From Raillietiella orientalis (taxonomy: Eukaryota): DNA of 64,000 nucleotides. Below the pieces are notes generated by a model, which did not search any database, was not told where the DNA came from, and saw nothing but the letters and a program-made list of their open reading frames with translations. Location: NCBI GenBank assembly GCA_036172245.1, contig JAYWIR010000039.1:186001-250000 (forward strand), given 5' to 3'. The position numbers and the translations under genes were made by a program. Positions 27,241 to 39,911 of the stretch are shown here, piece after piece; the stretch's first letter is position 1, and every line of letters begins with the position of its first letter.

Positions 27241-29184
27241 TTGCCCCGCATGTGGCTTGGCACCGCCGACTCCACTGTCCCTGGAGTTCTTTTTTTTTTT
27301 TGTTTTTTTAGGATGGTAGTGATGTTTGCACGCACCATCTTTCTCTTGATGTGTTTCTTCTGGGGATCGTGAACTTTCTCTTTACGTCGCCGTACCCCGA
27401 TGCAAGTGCGTCTCTAGCGGCGAAATGGGGAACTAGTCCTCGGCGCTTCCTCTCCGGGAAATGCGTCCACAGCGATCGCCTTTGCTCTGCCTTCCCCTCA
27501 GAGCGCCAGGTCCGGCCAAAGTTTGGATTCCATCCCAGAGATAGGGATCCTCAGCTGGGGATTTTCCCGGGCAGCCATCTTGCTCCGTGCTATCCGATCA
27601 ACAGAGCTACCATTGATATCGCGCTTTCTGTGCGTTTCCAGAACCGACGTGTGAATTTCCTTCTGCACCGAGTCACCTGCTGCCAGAGACCTCCGCGACA
27701 ACAACCTCCTTCCTGGCGTACCTCAGGAGGGTCTGTCGGGAGCAGCAGCACGAGACTGGAAGCATGATCGTAGCAGAAAGTCAGTTGCCGAGCAGACTCT
27801 GAGCCTCCTCGTTGTTCGGGACGTCCCACCTGTTCCCCTCAAGGTCCGACGGGCTTTCTGCTTCGACTCCACGAGATTCTAAGACCTCAGTTGAAATCTC
27901 AAATCTGGTCTTCTCTCTAGGCAAAATTCAGTCTCCGTTTCCCACAGGTGGGTTCCTTGTCGTTAGAAACAGAGAACTCCCCTTTCAGGGGAAAGGAGAG
28001 GGGGGTGGAGGTAGTCGATCAGCACGCTTCCCTCGCGTTGCTACGACAAAGGAAAAGACGAGAGCAAAGTCGCACCTGAAGGAGCACGCGAGTCCTTGAG
28101 GAGGAGGCTCAGGGTTTGTTCGGCAGGGGTCGCACAAGGGGACTATCTCTATAGCAGCGGCCTTGCTTCCTCTCCACCCGACTTCGGAGTGACCGTTCAT
28201 CCCGAGCGAACCCATCAAACTCCGTAACACAGGACTCAGGCAGCGAAGAAAAATGGAACTCCCTTTCCTGTGGGTCCTTGAACTCTTTTCGGCAGCAGAA
28301 GGAGGATGAAAAGAAAAACCCCTGAAAATCTCACTGCAGCCTCTTGCCCCCCCCCCCTCTCCCTTTCTTCTCCACGAACACACACGTGCATCAGCGCTCT
28401 TGAACTGACAGGAGATGGTACTCGCCGCTGAGATTCCCTCATGCGAGGTGGTAGGGCAGAGAGCAAACCACCACTACTGTGAGCAAACTCGCTGCGATCG
28501 CGCTCAGTGCCTGTTCTTTCGGCAGCAGGGAACTGGGATCACAAAGGGAACGATACCTGGCGGCAGAGCAATGGCAGGCAACGAGCCGCAGGTTTCCCAG
28601 GTAACAACAGTGAGGATAGTCGTGAAGTGGATTAGCTTGCTGATTTTGTTCCTTACGTCATTCTTATTAACCAATAATAATGCACGTTCCAGTAATTATA
28701 ATTGTTTTTTTGGAACTCCTCTTCCGGAAGGTTATTCGACCGTCTTTTTTTCTTCTTTTTCTCTTGTGTAGTCCACTTCATAGGAGAACTCTGGAATCAC
28801 GAGGAATTATGAAGATGGAGTGTTTTTGCATCTGCCACGCTTGCAAGACGATGCACTGATAGAACAGGATGATTACTTCTTGCAATCCCCTAGATAACAA
28901 GACATTTCCAAAGGTATTTGTCGTTATGATGTTCATCCGGCCGACTTGCCTGAAGCATCGCAAACATAAATCCAGTCGTCTAAAACACGTCTGTGACTGC
29001 GTGTCGGTTTGCAAATATTTGTCCTTATGGGAATTCGTGCACATACACACGGCTCACGTATGAGCATTTTTTTTTTTTTTTTTTTCTCCGTGGCTGCGTA
29101 GCGTCTCCAGCAGAAAAGGGAGCCATCACCGTCTTCGGCGGCGAAGGCACGTGCTGCCTTCAGATTCATCAACGCAATCGCAAA

Positions 29185-29520
29185 TGCGTGCCGTGGCGTC
29201 AATCCGACTCACTTTAACGTGCAAGAGGGTTTGGAGCTTCCAGCCGTTTCTGCGGAGCGACAGATTCTTTTGCTGAAAAATCACCCCGTGATGGAAACCA
29301 GTTTTTTTTGCCTCAGCCGACTTCCGAGTTTGCCAACCTTTCGAACGTCTGCTCGAGCTTTCCCAGTTGAAAGTCTTTCTCCACGTGGGACTTGGGGAGT
29401 TTTGCAATTCGTTTGGAAGAACAAAAGTGGACTCAGCTGACTCGGTTGGAAGCTTGGTCGCCCATCCCACCTTGTGTTGATAGCACAGCGCTTTCAAGAC
29501 GTCGGAAATAATTTGATACC
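29185..29520 (-). mobile_element. Possible RTE-clade LINE 3' remnant
   Basis: GIKL...KA/VLST-like segment (~29500), LANSEV (~29325), and terminal LLHVKVSRIDAT / GAGTCGGATTGACGCCACGGCAC, which resembles the RTE/BovB-type end (VHxVAxSRxRLDG; GAGTCGGA..CGAC..GACGGCA). Weak. Confidence 0.35.
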
Positions 29521-32500
29521 AATTAGAGCTATCGGTGAAAAATCCTCTCGTAATATCAGCGTGTTTTGATCGATTGTGCCGTCCTCACTGGATGCGGCAG
29601 GGCGCATGCTGGGACGACACAAAGGGGCACATGTCATCTTTCTTGGTTCCTTGCATCACAGCGTCCACGCAGTCGTGTGCTTGACGCTGGGATCTGGCGG
29701 GAGGAGTCTGCACACATGCTGGTGGCTTCCTAGATTCCAGCGTCACGTGCTGGAATGACGAAAATGAATGCCACTGCGGTGACACCGAAAGGCGATCAGA
29801 GGAGACACAAACAAAAAGATAGTCTCTTGGTATCACACGTGGCACCTCGGATTTCAACATCGAAGCCAACATCATCATGCAGTAATTCTCTCCGCTCCAT
29901 GTCCTACTTCATGAGCTCGCAGACCTAAACACGGCAACCGAAATAGTGCAGCATCCAGGTCAGATCGAGTCTTCAGGACCCGCGAATCCACAACGCATTT
30001 TGGCGAGAACAGTGCCGGTTCTGATGCAAAAGCGAAAAATGCACTGAAAAGTCATCGAATGACAGTGTCATGCGTGATGAGTAGTTGCTCGTAAGAAACT
30101 CAGAAGCCTTTTCTCTCGCTTTGGAAGCGTCTCTTCCGGGCCAATTTCTACGTAGCGACCATCACGAGAAAAATCTCTCAAGCCTTTACAGAAAACGGGA
30201 CAAAAGGAAGCCCGCCGTCGCGGGCGAGTTTCGGACCCACATCGCGCGTAGGGGGGCGAACGCGAAGTTTCGCACGGCCCAGAAACTCACGACGCCCAAC
30301 CTTGCTCTCTCTCCCTTCGAGGGAAGGCAGCAGCAGTAGGGAAGAAGGGGGAGGGAAGCGGTCTCCTAGGTCATTCCGGAGGAAGCTGACGGCTCACTCG
30401 TCGCGGCTGCCACCGCGACTCCGGGAATGGCACGTCTCGAGGGAAGGGCAACGGCTGGCTGCCCTCGAACTCCCTGTCGCGCATGGGGGGGTTCGGCGAG
30501 GGGAGTGCATCCGATGGGTGGAGACAGGCGAGAGACAGGGACCAGTGCTGCGCCACCCCCTGCCTTTCCCCGGAAGCTCTCCTTCAGCGGAACCGGAGGT
30601 GGTGGCGCTCTCTGTTGCGGACCGGCCGTTCTCGGTGCCCCGAATCTGGACGAGCGGAAACTCCGTGGTCGGCTGCGATTTACCAGCACGGACTCCCACG
30701 AGAGACCCGAGTGCATTGCCACCATCCTTCGCGAAGGTGGACCGCAAGTTGCGGCAAGCGGCGGTCACGCTGGCGCATCTGAATCACCTACACTGAATGA
30801 TTCCCCGACGCATCGACTCGGGAGTTCCCAGAGGAAGGAGGATGGCGCTCTTTGGGCATCCGCACCGTTCCTCGAGCGGAATAATGAAGCGGAGCTCAGT
30901 TACTGTTTCGGATGAAAGACCACCTCGCCTGCGAACTGTTGCAGAATCTCCGAGGGGGAACAGACAATCCAGATTCCGACCCTGATCTCCCCCCTGTCCC
31001 GACCCTTTTGACCCGAGAGTATCCACTTCTCGTCTCCTAGATTTTCCTCTTCTGACATCCAGCACCAACCTCCTTCGGTCCGTGGATCGATGACTCTGAG
31101 TAAGGTATCGAGGTTCGTAAATAACCGATGGTCCGGGTAGAGAGGGATCTGGTGGCCTCCCGATCAACCCGTTCCTCCTGGAACAGGTTCGAAACTGTGA
31201 ACGGATGTGGCGTTCCAGGGCCACGGTAGATCAACAGCAGAGGACGTCGCCTGCCGCTGAGTCTTCCGCTGAGGCATGGAAGGGAGCGGGACGAAGGAAG
31301 GAAAGAGGGCAGGAGCGGCGGATTGGTTCTCCCTATCGCCACTAGAGGTGCATCGCAGCGAGCGAGCGACTCTCGCTGCCGATCCTGGAATCTGGTAGGC
31401 GACAGACTCTTCGGAGAGGCAAAGATCCCTCCCTGAGTGATCAATGGAGCGCGTCGGGGAGGAGACGCAGCGCACCAGCCACCTGGCAGCACGGGTGGGG
31501 CCCCCGGCCGGGACGAAGAAGTCCCCGTGGGATGAAATGGGAAGCACGGAAGCGAGGGTGGTGGATATCTCTCCCGGTCAGTGATCGTGGCTCCAAGCAC
31601 ACCGCTTGCAAGAACGCGAGCGCGAATGCATGTTTCCAAGGAAACTTATGGTGAGGATTCTCTCCCGAGGATCCGTGGAGCACTGTGCCCGGAGAGGATG
31701 GCACTGTCCCCGGCGTTTTTCCTGAACTGTCCACATTTTCCTTTGTCAGCAAGAAGACACTCTTTTTCCTTGCCGGCGACGCCTGCTCTTTCGTGTGTCC
31801 TTCGTCATCGCTCGCCTGTCCTCTCCGACCATTTCTTTTGCATCCATCTTCTTGGAAGCGACGCTAGCGCAGTAAAAAAAAAAAAAAAAAACTGCTTGCA
31901 GGCATGAGAAGAGGATAGTGTTGGGGCGCGACGGGTCACCCTCATTCTTCCAGGCTGCCACTAAGTCCTCTCCCCTTTGGGACGCTTTTCACCCCTTCCC
32001 TTTCCCTCCATTCTGGTAGCCACCTCTGCGTACGAAAACACTACAGCACTGGATTTCTGCAGATAAACAAATTGTGCTCGTGCTGGCGTCGGCGGAAGCA
32101 GCGAGTACCGAAGCGGCGATGCCATACGGGATGCAGAAAGAAAGGAAGAAAAAAAGAAAAGAAGAATGAGCAGGCAACATGGCGGATGTAAGAATGCGAG
32201 ACAAAGCGTTCCCCAAATACGACTTCCCCTTTTTCTACTTCCTCTTTCGGAATCCATCTGCATGCAGTTGGTCTCGTTTCGGAGAGCATGCTTCCCATGC
32301 GGGCATCCTCTTTGACATGCAGCGGCGCTCTGAGATCAATCGTTCATTGCTCAGGGGAGGACTACCTTCGCAAGCAAGGCTCTCGGCAAGACTGATAAGA
32401 AGGAGACCTTCAGTGGTTGCTGTTGATACTTTTCAGTACCTTTCCTTCGCCTTGGCGTTCAAGCGGCAACGCCAGGAGCAAAATGTTACGGCAACTCGCT

Positions 32501-33569
32501 CCGGACAATTCCTCTTTTTTTTTTCTTCTTCTTCTTCTTCATCCTTTCACTCGTGTTCTGGAGACAGGAAAGCCAAAGGGATTGGACATCTCATTTCACA
32601 TGTTTTTTGTTTTTTGTTTCCGTCGTGGGACTTGTTGACCAGCGTTCACGAAGCAGAACCGTGTGATTAACGGTAATCGAGTCGCTGTCACATCAACACG
32701 CAAACACGGGAGAATAGATCTGGAACCACTAACGGCCACGAGATGCACCGTTTATCCAGTGTCATTTCTCTACGCTTATCGCACTGTGTGAATAGGGGGA
32801 GCAAATTTCCCATTGGTTCGATTGCTAATCATTTCTCTTCCCCCCTCCCCGTGCTTCTCCGGCTTTAGTCTTCAAGGAGGAGCGACTCTAAACGTTGTTG
32901 CGGGGCCCGGTACGTATCATACTTAGTAATGCTTTTTTTTTTTTTTTGTGCAATTTTTTTCCATTTGTTTTTTTTTTTTTTTCCACAAAAGGTGCAAATG
33001 AGAAGGTGCAATGAGATCACTGTCTGCCCTCGTAAGGACGTGTGCAAACGCATCCTAAAATAGCGTTGCGCAAACGTAGCTTCGTGCATCGAAAAAAGAA
33101 AGAGAAAAAAAGCATTCGCCTTTTTCGATAGCGAAGCCCCGAGAAGAGCAGATTTTAACCGAGGAGATCAGCGAGGGATCCGACTGATGCAGACGTGCTT
33201 TCGAAGCTCATCCCAAGCACGTAGGTCGGACATGTGTCAAAGCTGCACGGGAATCCAGCTGTGCTCCCAAGCAACCGTAGAGGGAGCCGATCGGAAGCAA
33301 AGAGGCCGAGCGAAAAAAGAATCGGAAAGTGACCACCCATCCAAAGCACCGGGATAAATCAGACTACACGACTGCGGAAGAAGCTTGGTCGATCCTGACC
33401 TTGCTCCTACCCGGTCAGGTGTCCCATTATGTGAATTATGCACAATTATTCATCGTTCATCCGTCCGAGTTAGAGGAACCAAGGAAACCCTCTTATCAAT
33501 AAAACTGGAATGGAGGAAGGAGCAGAGCAGCAACAGTCGTGCTTGTGCAAAGGTTGCGTCAGGGTGCTT

Positions 33570-33572
<3 letters not shown>

Positions 33573-33603
<31 letters not shown>
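33573..33603. repeat. Poly-T tract (31 nt)
   Basis: Seen directly; no element could be assigned to it. Confidence 0.9.
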
Positions 33604-35599
33604 CCACTGGAGGCATTGTGAGCGCTGGTTTATCGATCCGGCGGATTGCATTTTGATCATCAACAATCGAAAAAAGAAGACGGCCGTTCCGAGTCCATTT
33701 ATAGAACTCCTTGTTGCTAGGTGATCTCGAGCGAGGTAAAAAGCAGCAGTTTCACTGGGAGGCAATCAGGGCTGCCACGCTTATCCATTGCTGACTTTTT
33801 TTTTTTCTGCCATCAAAAATGCAATTCTTGAGACTTCTTTTTTTCTTTCTAAGGACAGCAAGGGGAAAAAAAAGAAAGAGTATCGCACACGATCAGAAAT
33901 GCACACTTTCTAAAGTGTGTAAATTAAATTAGGACGTGATAGGTTTTAAAAACAACGAATGTTACCAAAAAAGCATTCGCAACTCTTTTACGCGAAAGGA
34001 AACGATGAAGGACGAGAACGCCGTGCACCTTCCACCAATCCAGAGTGTTGGACAGTTGATCTCCCTGCCGTCGGGAATCCCAAACCTGCTTAAGAACGGA
34101 AGAAAAAAAGAAAGAAAGGAGGGAGGGAGGGAAGAAGGGGGGGGGGATGCACATTTCGGACTCATGGGAAGAATCAAAAACTTATGCAACTTTTTCTTTT
34201 CTTTTTTTCATCGAGAGCAATCATAGATTTCGAAATCTTTGAGCCCGATGAGCTGAAGCAACCCTGGCTTTGCAAAGAGGAAGTGACGTTTCGGCCATTT
34301 TCATATTCCAGGCTTTCCTTACGCAAAACAGCTCTCGATGGAAAAGTAGCCGACGAGGCCTATGAGCGGTCCCTCTGAATGACACTCATTTTCAAGAATC
34401 CTGAGGGAAAGAAGCTTTGCAAAGCTTACAGATATTGCATGTTTGGTAGCAAGAGTTACTCAGAGCAGCCCCAAGTCTACAGAAAGCCTTGAGAAAGAGA
34501 CGCGTGCTATAATTCATGCGATGATGCTTGCGTGCCGCATGAAAGAGATGTAGCGACTTCAGGAAGCCACGAAAGTCCGGGAGAGGGCTAATCCAGCTAG
34601 CATTTCCGGCTGACTTTTCGATGGGTTGCTCTGAGCTTTCGCTCCGCGGTTAGGGGTTGGAATAGTCCCTAAGAAAGACCTAAGACACGTCCCAAAGACG
34701 GCAACCACGGCAGAGCATTCCGTCTCCTTCTGTTCCTCTTTTTCTGCGGTTGCTTCTGTGGGATGGCTCAGGTTCCTCAACAGCCAGGATGCGGGGAGGT
34801 TCCGTTTCGTCGATTCGTCCGTTCCTTGACAGAAGGCACCTCTTGCTGTGCATGACTCCCCTCCAGGCGTTACCCCCTGAATTGCCTTCCTCTATCGGCG
34901 CTCTCACAAGACCGAGAGGGGCGTCGTCGGAACGGGGAAGCTACCCTCTCCCCTTTCCGGATCCATGACGATTTCTCGGATAGGACGAAACCCTCGAAAT
35001 TGTCGGATGCCCCTTGGAATTCCAAACCCGCACTGCTGTTCAGGCCATACTGGAGCCCTGGAAAACGGAAAACACGCATGAAAAGGGAGGGAGGAGAAAA
35101 AAAGGAATAAAAAGTACAACACCCTCGAAGTCATAAAGCAGATGGCTTTGTAGTCAGCAGCAGCAGAGGGGTACTTCCTGAGGACGCTGGAGAATCGGAG
35201 AGCATGAGGAGAGAGGGTCCCCTCTGAGTGAAGACGGCCCAGAACTCGTTCCGACGGGGAACGAAAGCCATCGTCACGGCAAACAGGGTGTGACTCGGCT
35301 GAGAAGAAGAAGGGGAGGAGGAGGAGGGGGGGAAGATAAAATCTAGAAGCGGAAAACATCAGCGAGTGCCTTCGAGCTTCGCTTCACGGAAGCGAGAGGG
35401 CAGCTCTGCGTGCGTCCTTGCGTTCCGAGACACAAAGGCGCTCGGCAGCGAGGCGGCGACCCGAGAGCCGGAAGATGGCAGAAGCCGAATATCAGCCTCT
35501 TCCACTCGTGATCTCGCCACAGGCCCCGAATGAATGTGCGAACGGGCATGCACGCGCGCGCCCCCGGATACGTGCTCCCTGGTTTCCTCCGTTGCTAGG

Positions 35600-37800
35600 G
35601 GCCGCTTCTATGGCGACAGGCAGCGGCGGACCGTGATTGCGGACCTCAGACTGGGGTCGGTTGGAACGACTGACTCAGTAAGCAAATGCGTTCGCCATTG
35701 CAATGAGGCCGCGGGGCGCAGCGTTTGGAGCCCACGAGGAGGAGGAAGAGGAGTAAGGGACAACACTATTGCACGGAAGAGAGTTAGACACCCTGTGCAG
35801 CACCAGCTGTTGGAATGGAAGCTCAAGAGGAAAAAGGGAAGGGTCAGCAGCTCCAAGAGGTCTTTCGGCTTCCTTTCCTGCGTGGCCAAGACAAAGCATC
35901 AGCAGCAGCCTCGCCGGATGCACGGGCGGAATTCCAGGCCTGCATCGATTTCGAATGGCCAGGGTGTTCCCCACCTTGCTAGAGACAGTCGGCTTGGAGA
36001 GGGTTGGAGCGGACCCGCCCAACGGCAAGTGGTTCCAAGGAGGAAGAAGCAACGGCCTAAGACAGAAAGCCTCGTCGCGAAGCGCGGAGGAAAAACTCTC
36101 CGCTCGTAGCGTGTCGGCCGTCCTCGGTCTGTCTCGCGAGCGTTCTTCCGGCGACCTCCTCCGCCTCGAAAATTCTCTCCTACGTACGGATAGGCGGAAC
36201 TTTCTGGAAGCGATGCACAGGGATAAGGGGATCGGTTCTCGCAAAATCCAGGTCGACGGGTGGGAAAGCTCCATTTTCTATTTTTCATTTTCCCCTTCTT
36301 CTTTCCTTTGCTTTCTTTCCTTCCCGAACTAGTTGGGCACGACCTGGGTGCAAGGCCCTCTGGTGCCGAGAGACCCAAGGGAGAAGGAGGGAGGGGTGGA
36401 GCGATTTCGAACTTTCCGTCCACCGCGCAAGCTCAGATCTGGCGGATCGCCCGACGGCGGTGGGAGGCGGACCGAAGTCCCGATGGGGGCTTCAGCGATG
36501 CAGTCGAAAGTGAGGGCAATTATCTCCTCGATAGCCGCCATCAGCAGAATAACGGAAGGCACCGTCGGCCAAACAAGGCGAGACGGTCGTCGAGGAAGTC
36601 ACGTGGACGGAGGTTTACGCTTCCGCAATTCTCCGCCTTGCCTACAGGGAGCCGCAGGATGCTGTGCTTCACACCTCTTCCCAGCCGCGGAGGGAAAGTC
36701 TCGTGAAAGCAAGCTCTTCGTGGAAGGGCCTGAGTGCCGGGGAAGGGGCCGCAGGTGTTCTCCTCTGGTCCCTCTCGCAGGGTCAAACGGTAGTAGGCGC
36801 TCGCTTCCCAGCGCTCTCGGCGCTTGCTTCACCGCATGGCAACGAACAAACAAGCAAAACCCGCAACCATAGCAACCGGAGCTCTCTGCAGATAACAATG
36901 GGCGCGTCGCAGCCTCTGCAGAGAGCGGAGTGGCTCGACGCGAGAAAGGGATAATGGAAATCAGCTTCGGGTAGTCGCATCTCTTTCATGCAAAATAAAC
37001 TCAGACGCCCCTTTTTTTTTTTTAATATATATATATACATAAAAATACAGGGAGGGGATTTCTCATCTCCTCTGCATTTTTTCCATCTACTGTTTGCTGC
37101 CAGGTACCCTTGCTACTGCCGAGGATCTTAAGGCTCCTCCACGCTTCAAAGGCAGGCAGTCACTTCCTCATCAGGCCTTCGCCAAGGCTTCGCTGGGATA
37201 TCAGACATCGGTCTACGCCGACCGCACCACCGCCGCCTTGCACCTTGACGCTGTTGCGGTGGCCTATTGCAGCACCCGCCGTTTGGGGCAGGAGTCCCTT
37301 GGCGAATTTCGCGAATATTCCTGGGAGCTTCCCCGGAGGAGTCGTACTGCAAGCCTCCGTTTCCTCCGGGAAGACGAAGGGGAGGAGGGAGGGAGTCTGC
37401 CCTATGGAAACTTCGCTGAAACGAAGCCGCGAGCCAGAACTTCTGCGGGCCTCTCCGCGGTTGCTGCTCCCAGGCAACCAGCGGCGAGACGTCCGTGTGA
37501 GGGCGCTCAGGAGAACCCCAGAGACCGGCGGTCAGGGGCGTGGGACTTTCACCCTCTCCTCCCCCTGAGGAGCGAGAGGTCCGCGATTGAGGACTGTTCT
37601 TCCTTCGCCGGTGCAGCCGCCCTCTTGTGCCCGCAGGCGAGTTTCGACCGCCTTCTCAACCTCCTCATCCGGCGGACTCCGCGAGATCCGACGCCGGGCC
37701 GAGGCGAGGCTACCTGGGGTGCACGTGGAGAGGTGTCTCTCTCCGCAGGGAGATGCGCGGAGAAAGCTGGACGCCCCGGGCTAGGGAGTGCCCAGCACTT
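35600..37800 (+). mobile_element. Degenerate L1/Tx1-clade ORF2 (EN-RT-post-RT), interrupted by low-complexity inserts
   Basis: Ordered decayed motifs: FLEAM..SRKIQVDG (KSPGxDG, ~36240), LVPRD...TFRP (LIPK..WRP, ~36360-36420), DGGFSDAV (DxxKAFDxV, ~36490), QGAAGCCASHLF (GVRQGCPLSPxLF, ~36650), TSVYAD (YADD, ~37210). Confidence 0.5.
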
Positions 37801-38599
37801 TGACCTTCGATGGCGTCAGATGCGGCCGTCTCACTTCAGGAAGAGCAGATGCGTCCTGCGGGATCGCTGAAAATTCCTTCTTCCCCCTTTCCTCTCACTT
37901 TTAGCCCTGCGTATCCAGACTCATCTCGACCCGGAAGAAGACCTCTCCCCCACGGCCGGAGCTGTGGAAATAACCGGCACCCATCAGGCGTCCACCTCCT
38001 TCCCTTCTCGGGCGAAGAGGCTCCCAGGCAGAGCTCGAACTGGACACCCTTTCCTGGAATCCCGAGAAGACGGAAACTCAACTTCTCTCGTCACGTGGGT
38101 GGATCGACTCTCCCCTTCGTCCTGGAAAGCGGCACTCCATCGGAAAAGAATGGGACACCGGACGCCAACACCCAACTGATGTGTGTGTGCGTGCGTGTGT
38201 TTTGCGTTTGTTTGTTGCGAAGCTTTGCCACGCCTTCCTGCTAGCATGGGAAGTTTCCTGGCTTCTCGGCATCCGCGTGCTTTCCCTTGGCGCGCGCTTC
38301 AGGTTCGGGCCAGGAAGCCGTTGCGCTCTTGAAAAACCTTTCGTTCCTGGTCAACGTGCCACCTGTCGGTCTCTTTGAGGAAAACCCCTGCCTGATTAAT
38401 TTCTCTTCAACCTCCTCCATTTTTCTTCCTTCTCTTCTTCCTCCATTCCTTCTCCATTCTTCTTCTTCCTCCTCCTTCCGGCATCTCTGGAGACTCCGCT
38501 CCCTAGCAACCGCAGTTCCACGGAGAAGTCGTCCTTTTGTGGTGATGCAGAACTCTGTAACTTAAGCTGCGCTGGAAGATGACGCCACCGGGATTCTCC

Positions 38600-39670
38600 T
38601 GGCTGCGAATTGTGCGCCCCGTCCGCATCGAAGCGGAGTCTTCCGACGACCTTCTTCGGCAGCTCGGCACGTCCACGGCGACCCCCGTCAGTGGAACCAG
38701 AGTGGAGGGTGATCTCCCTCGCAAAGCGCCGTTTTTCCACGCGGTCCTGGCTGCCAGGTAGCAGCGCCTCCCAACCCCCCGGAAACCGCGGCAGGTCGAA
38801 GGGCAGGCGTGGAAGCATCTCCCCTGCCCGCTGCCGAAGTGCAGCGCGTGGCGGGCGCGTCCCTCCTTCGTCCCGTTCCACGCCCTGGGGCAGCGGACCC
38901 GCAGGAGGGGCGGGCGACCGTGCCCCGAGGAGTGGGCGGACGCCGAGCCGCTCTCCCCACGGGGAGCGCTGGGACCACAAAGGCCGCGGAGTTGGGCTGT
39001 GTGGGAGGAGTTGGGACCTCCTTTCGCGTGGCAGGAGCCGGCGAACCCACAGTCAGGTCGGTCCGGGAACTTTCGGACGCCGCAGCGCCAAGCGCTCGCC
39101 TCCAAAGACCGCTCCGGAGGGCGGGCGACCTCGGCATTTCCCTGGATGAAGAGGTGGTTCCCACCGCTCCGTCCTGGATGGTCCAGTGGCTCTGGTTGCT
39201 AGGGAACCTCCTCCCCCTAGCAACCAGCGCCTGCGGCGTCAGTGGGAGGAGCGGATCCGCTCGCTTGACCGCCAGTTCCTCCGAGGCGGGTGGAAGCCAG
39301 GGACAGCGGCCCTCTTGCGCTCCCGGAGGACTCCCGTCGGAAACCTCATCCCGCACTGCGCCATCCGAACAGCAGTCGCGGGTCGGACCGGTGGACCTAC
39401 GAATGACCGCTTTACCTCACCCCACGAATCGGAAAAGGGGCGGGACAGGATGGTCTCACCCCATCCCGAAGTCAGGTTCGGTCTATCGAAGAGGGCTCTC
39501 TTTGATTTCGAGACGGACGTGAACCCACAGGCAGACTGTAAGAGGATACTGGCTTCTCTCCGGTGGCCCTCCCCTCCTTGGGCTTCATCGGATAGCGGCG
39601 CGATTGGGTAGACGCCCCCATGTGGGGGACGGGGGATGAAGCCCTTTGCGCAAGTTGACTTGGCCATTTT
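38600..39670 (-). mobile_element. Degenerate L1/Tx1-clade RT fragment
   Basis: KGFIPR (QxGFxxGR, ~39640), PGAQEGRCPWLP...ADPLL...WTIQDG (RGxxQGCPLSP...EPLL...FADD, ~39320-39175). Confidence 0.5.
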
Positions 39671-39911
39671 TTTTCCTGAATTTTGTCGTCGCTCCCGCGT
39701 CTCACACTTGCTGAACCTGCTTTTTCACTTTCCTTGGTCCAAAGCCGACCTGAGGATCAGCGTGATAATCTCTGACTGTATGTGTGTACTTTGTACGTTC
39801 ATTTATGTATTTCAATATGTTTGAGCAAGCACATTCCATGTCAACGTATTTCAACTGACCTCAGCATGAAGGTGCGGTTCCAGCGTGTCCGACAAGGACG
39901 CGGCTGGACAC

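Noticed and set aside
30480..30780. VETGERQGPVL, resembling the RT motif GVxQGxVL
   Set aside because: Plausibly another LINE fossil, but flanking motifs were not identifiable with confidence.
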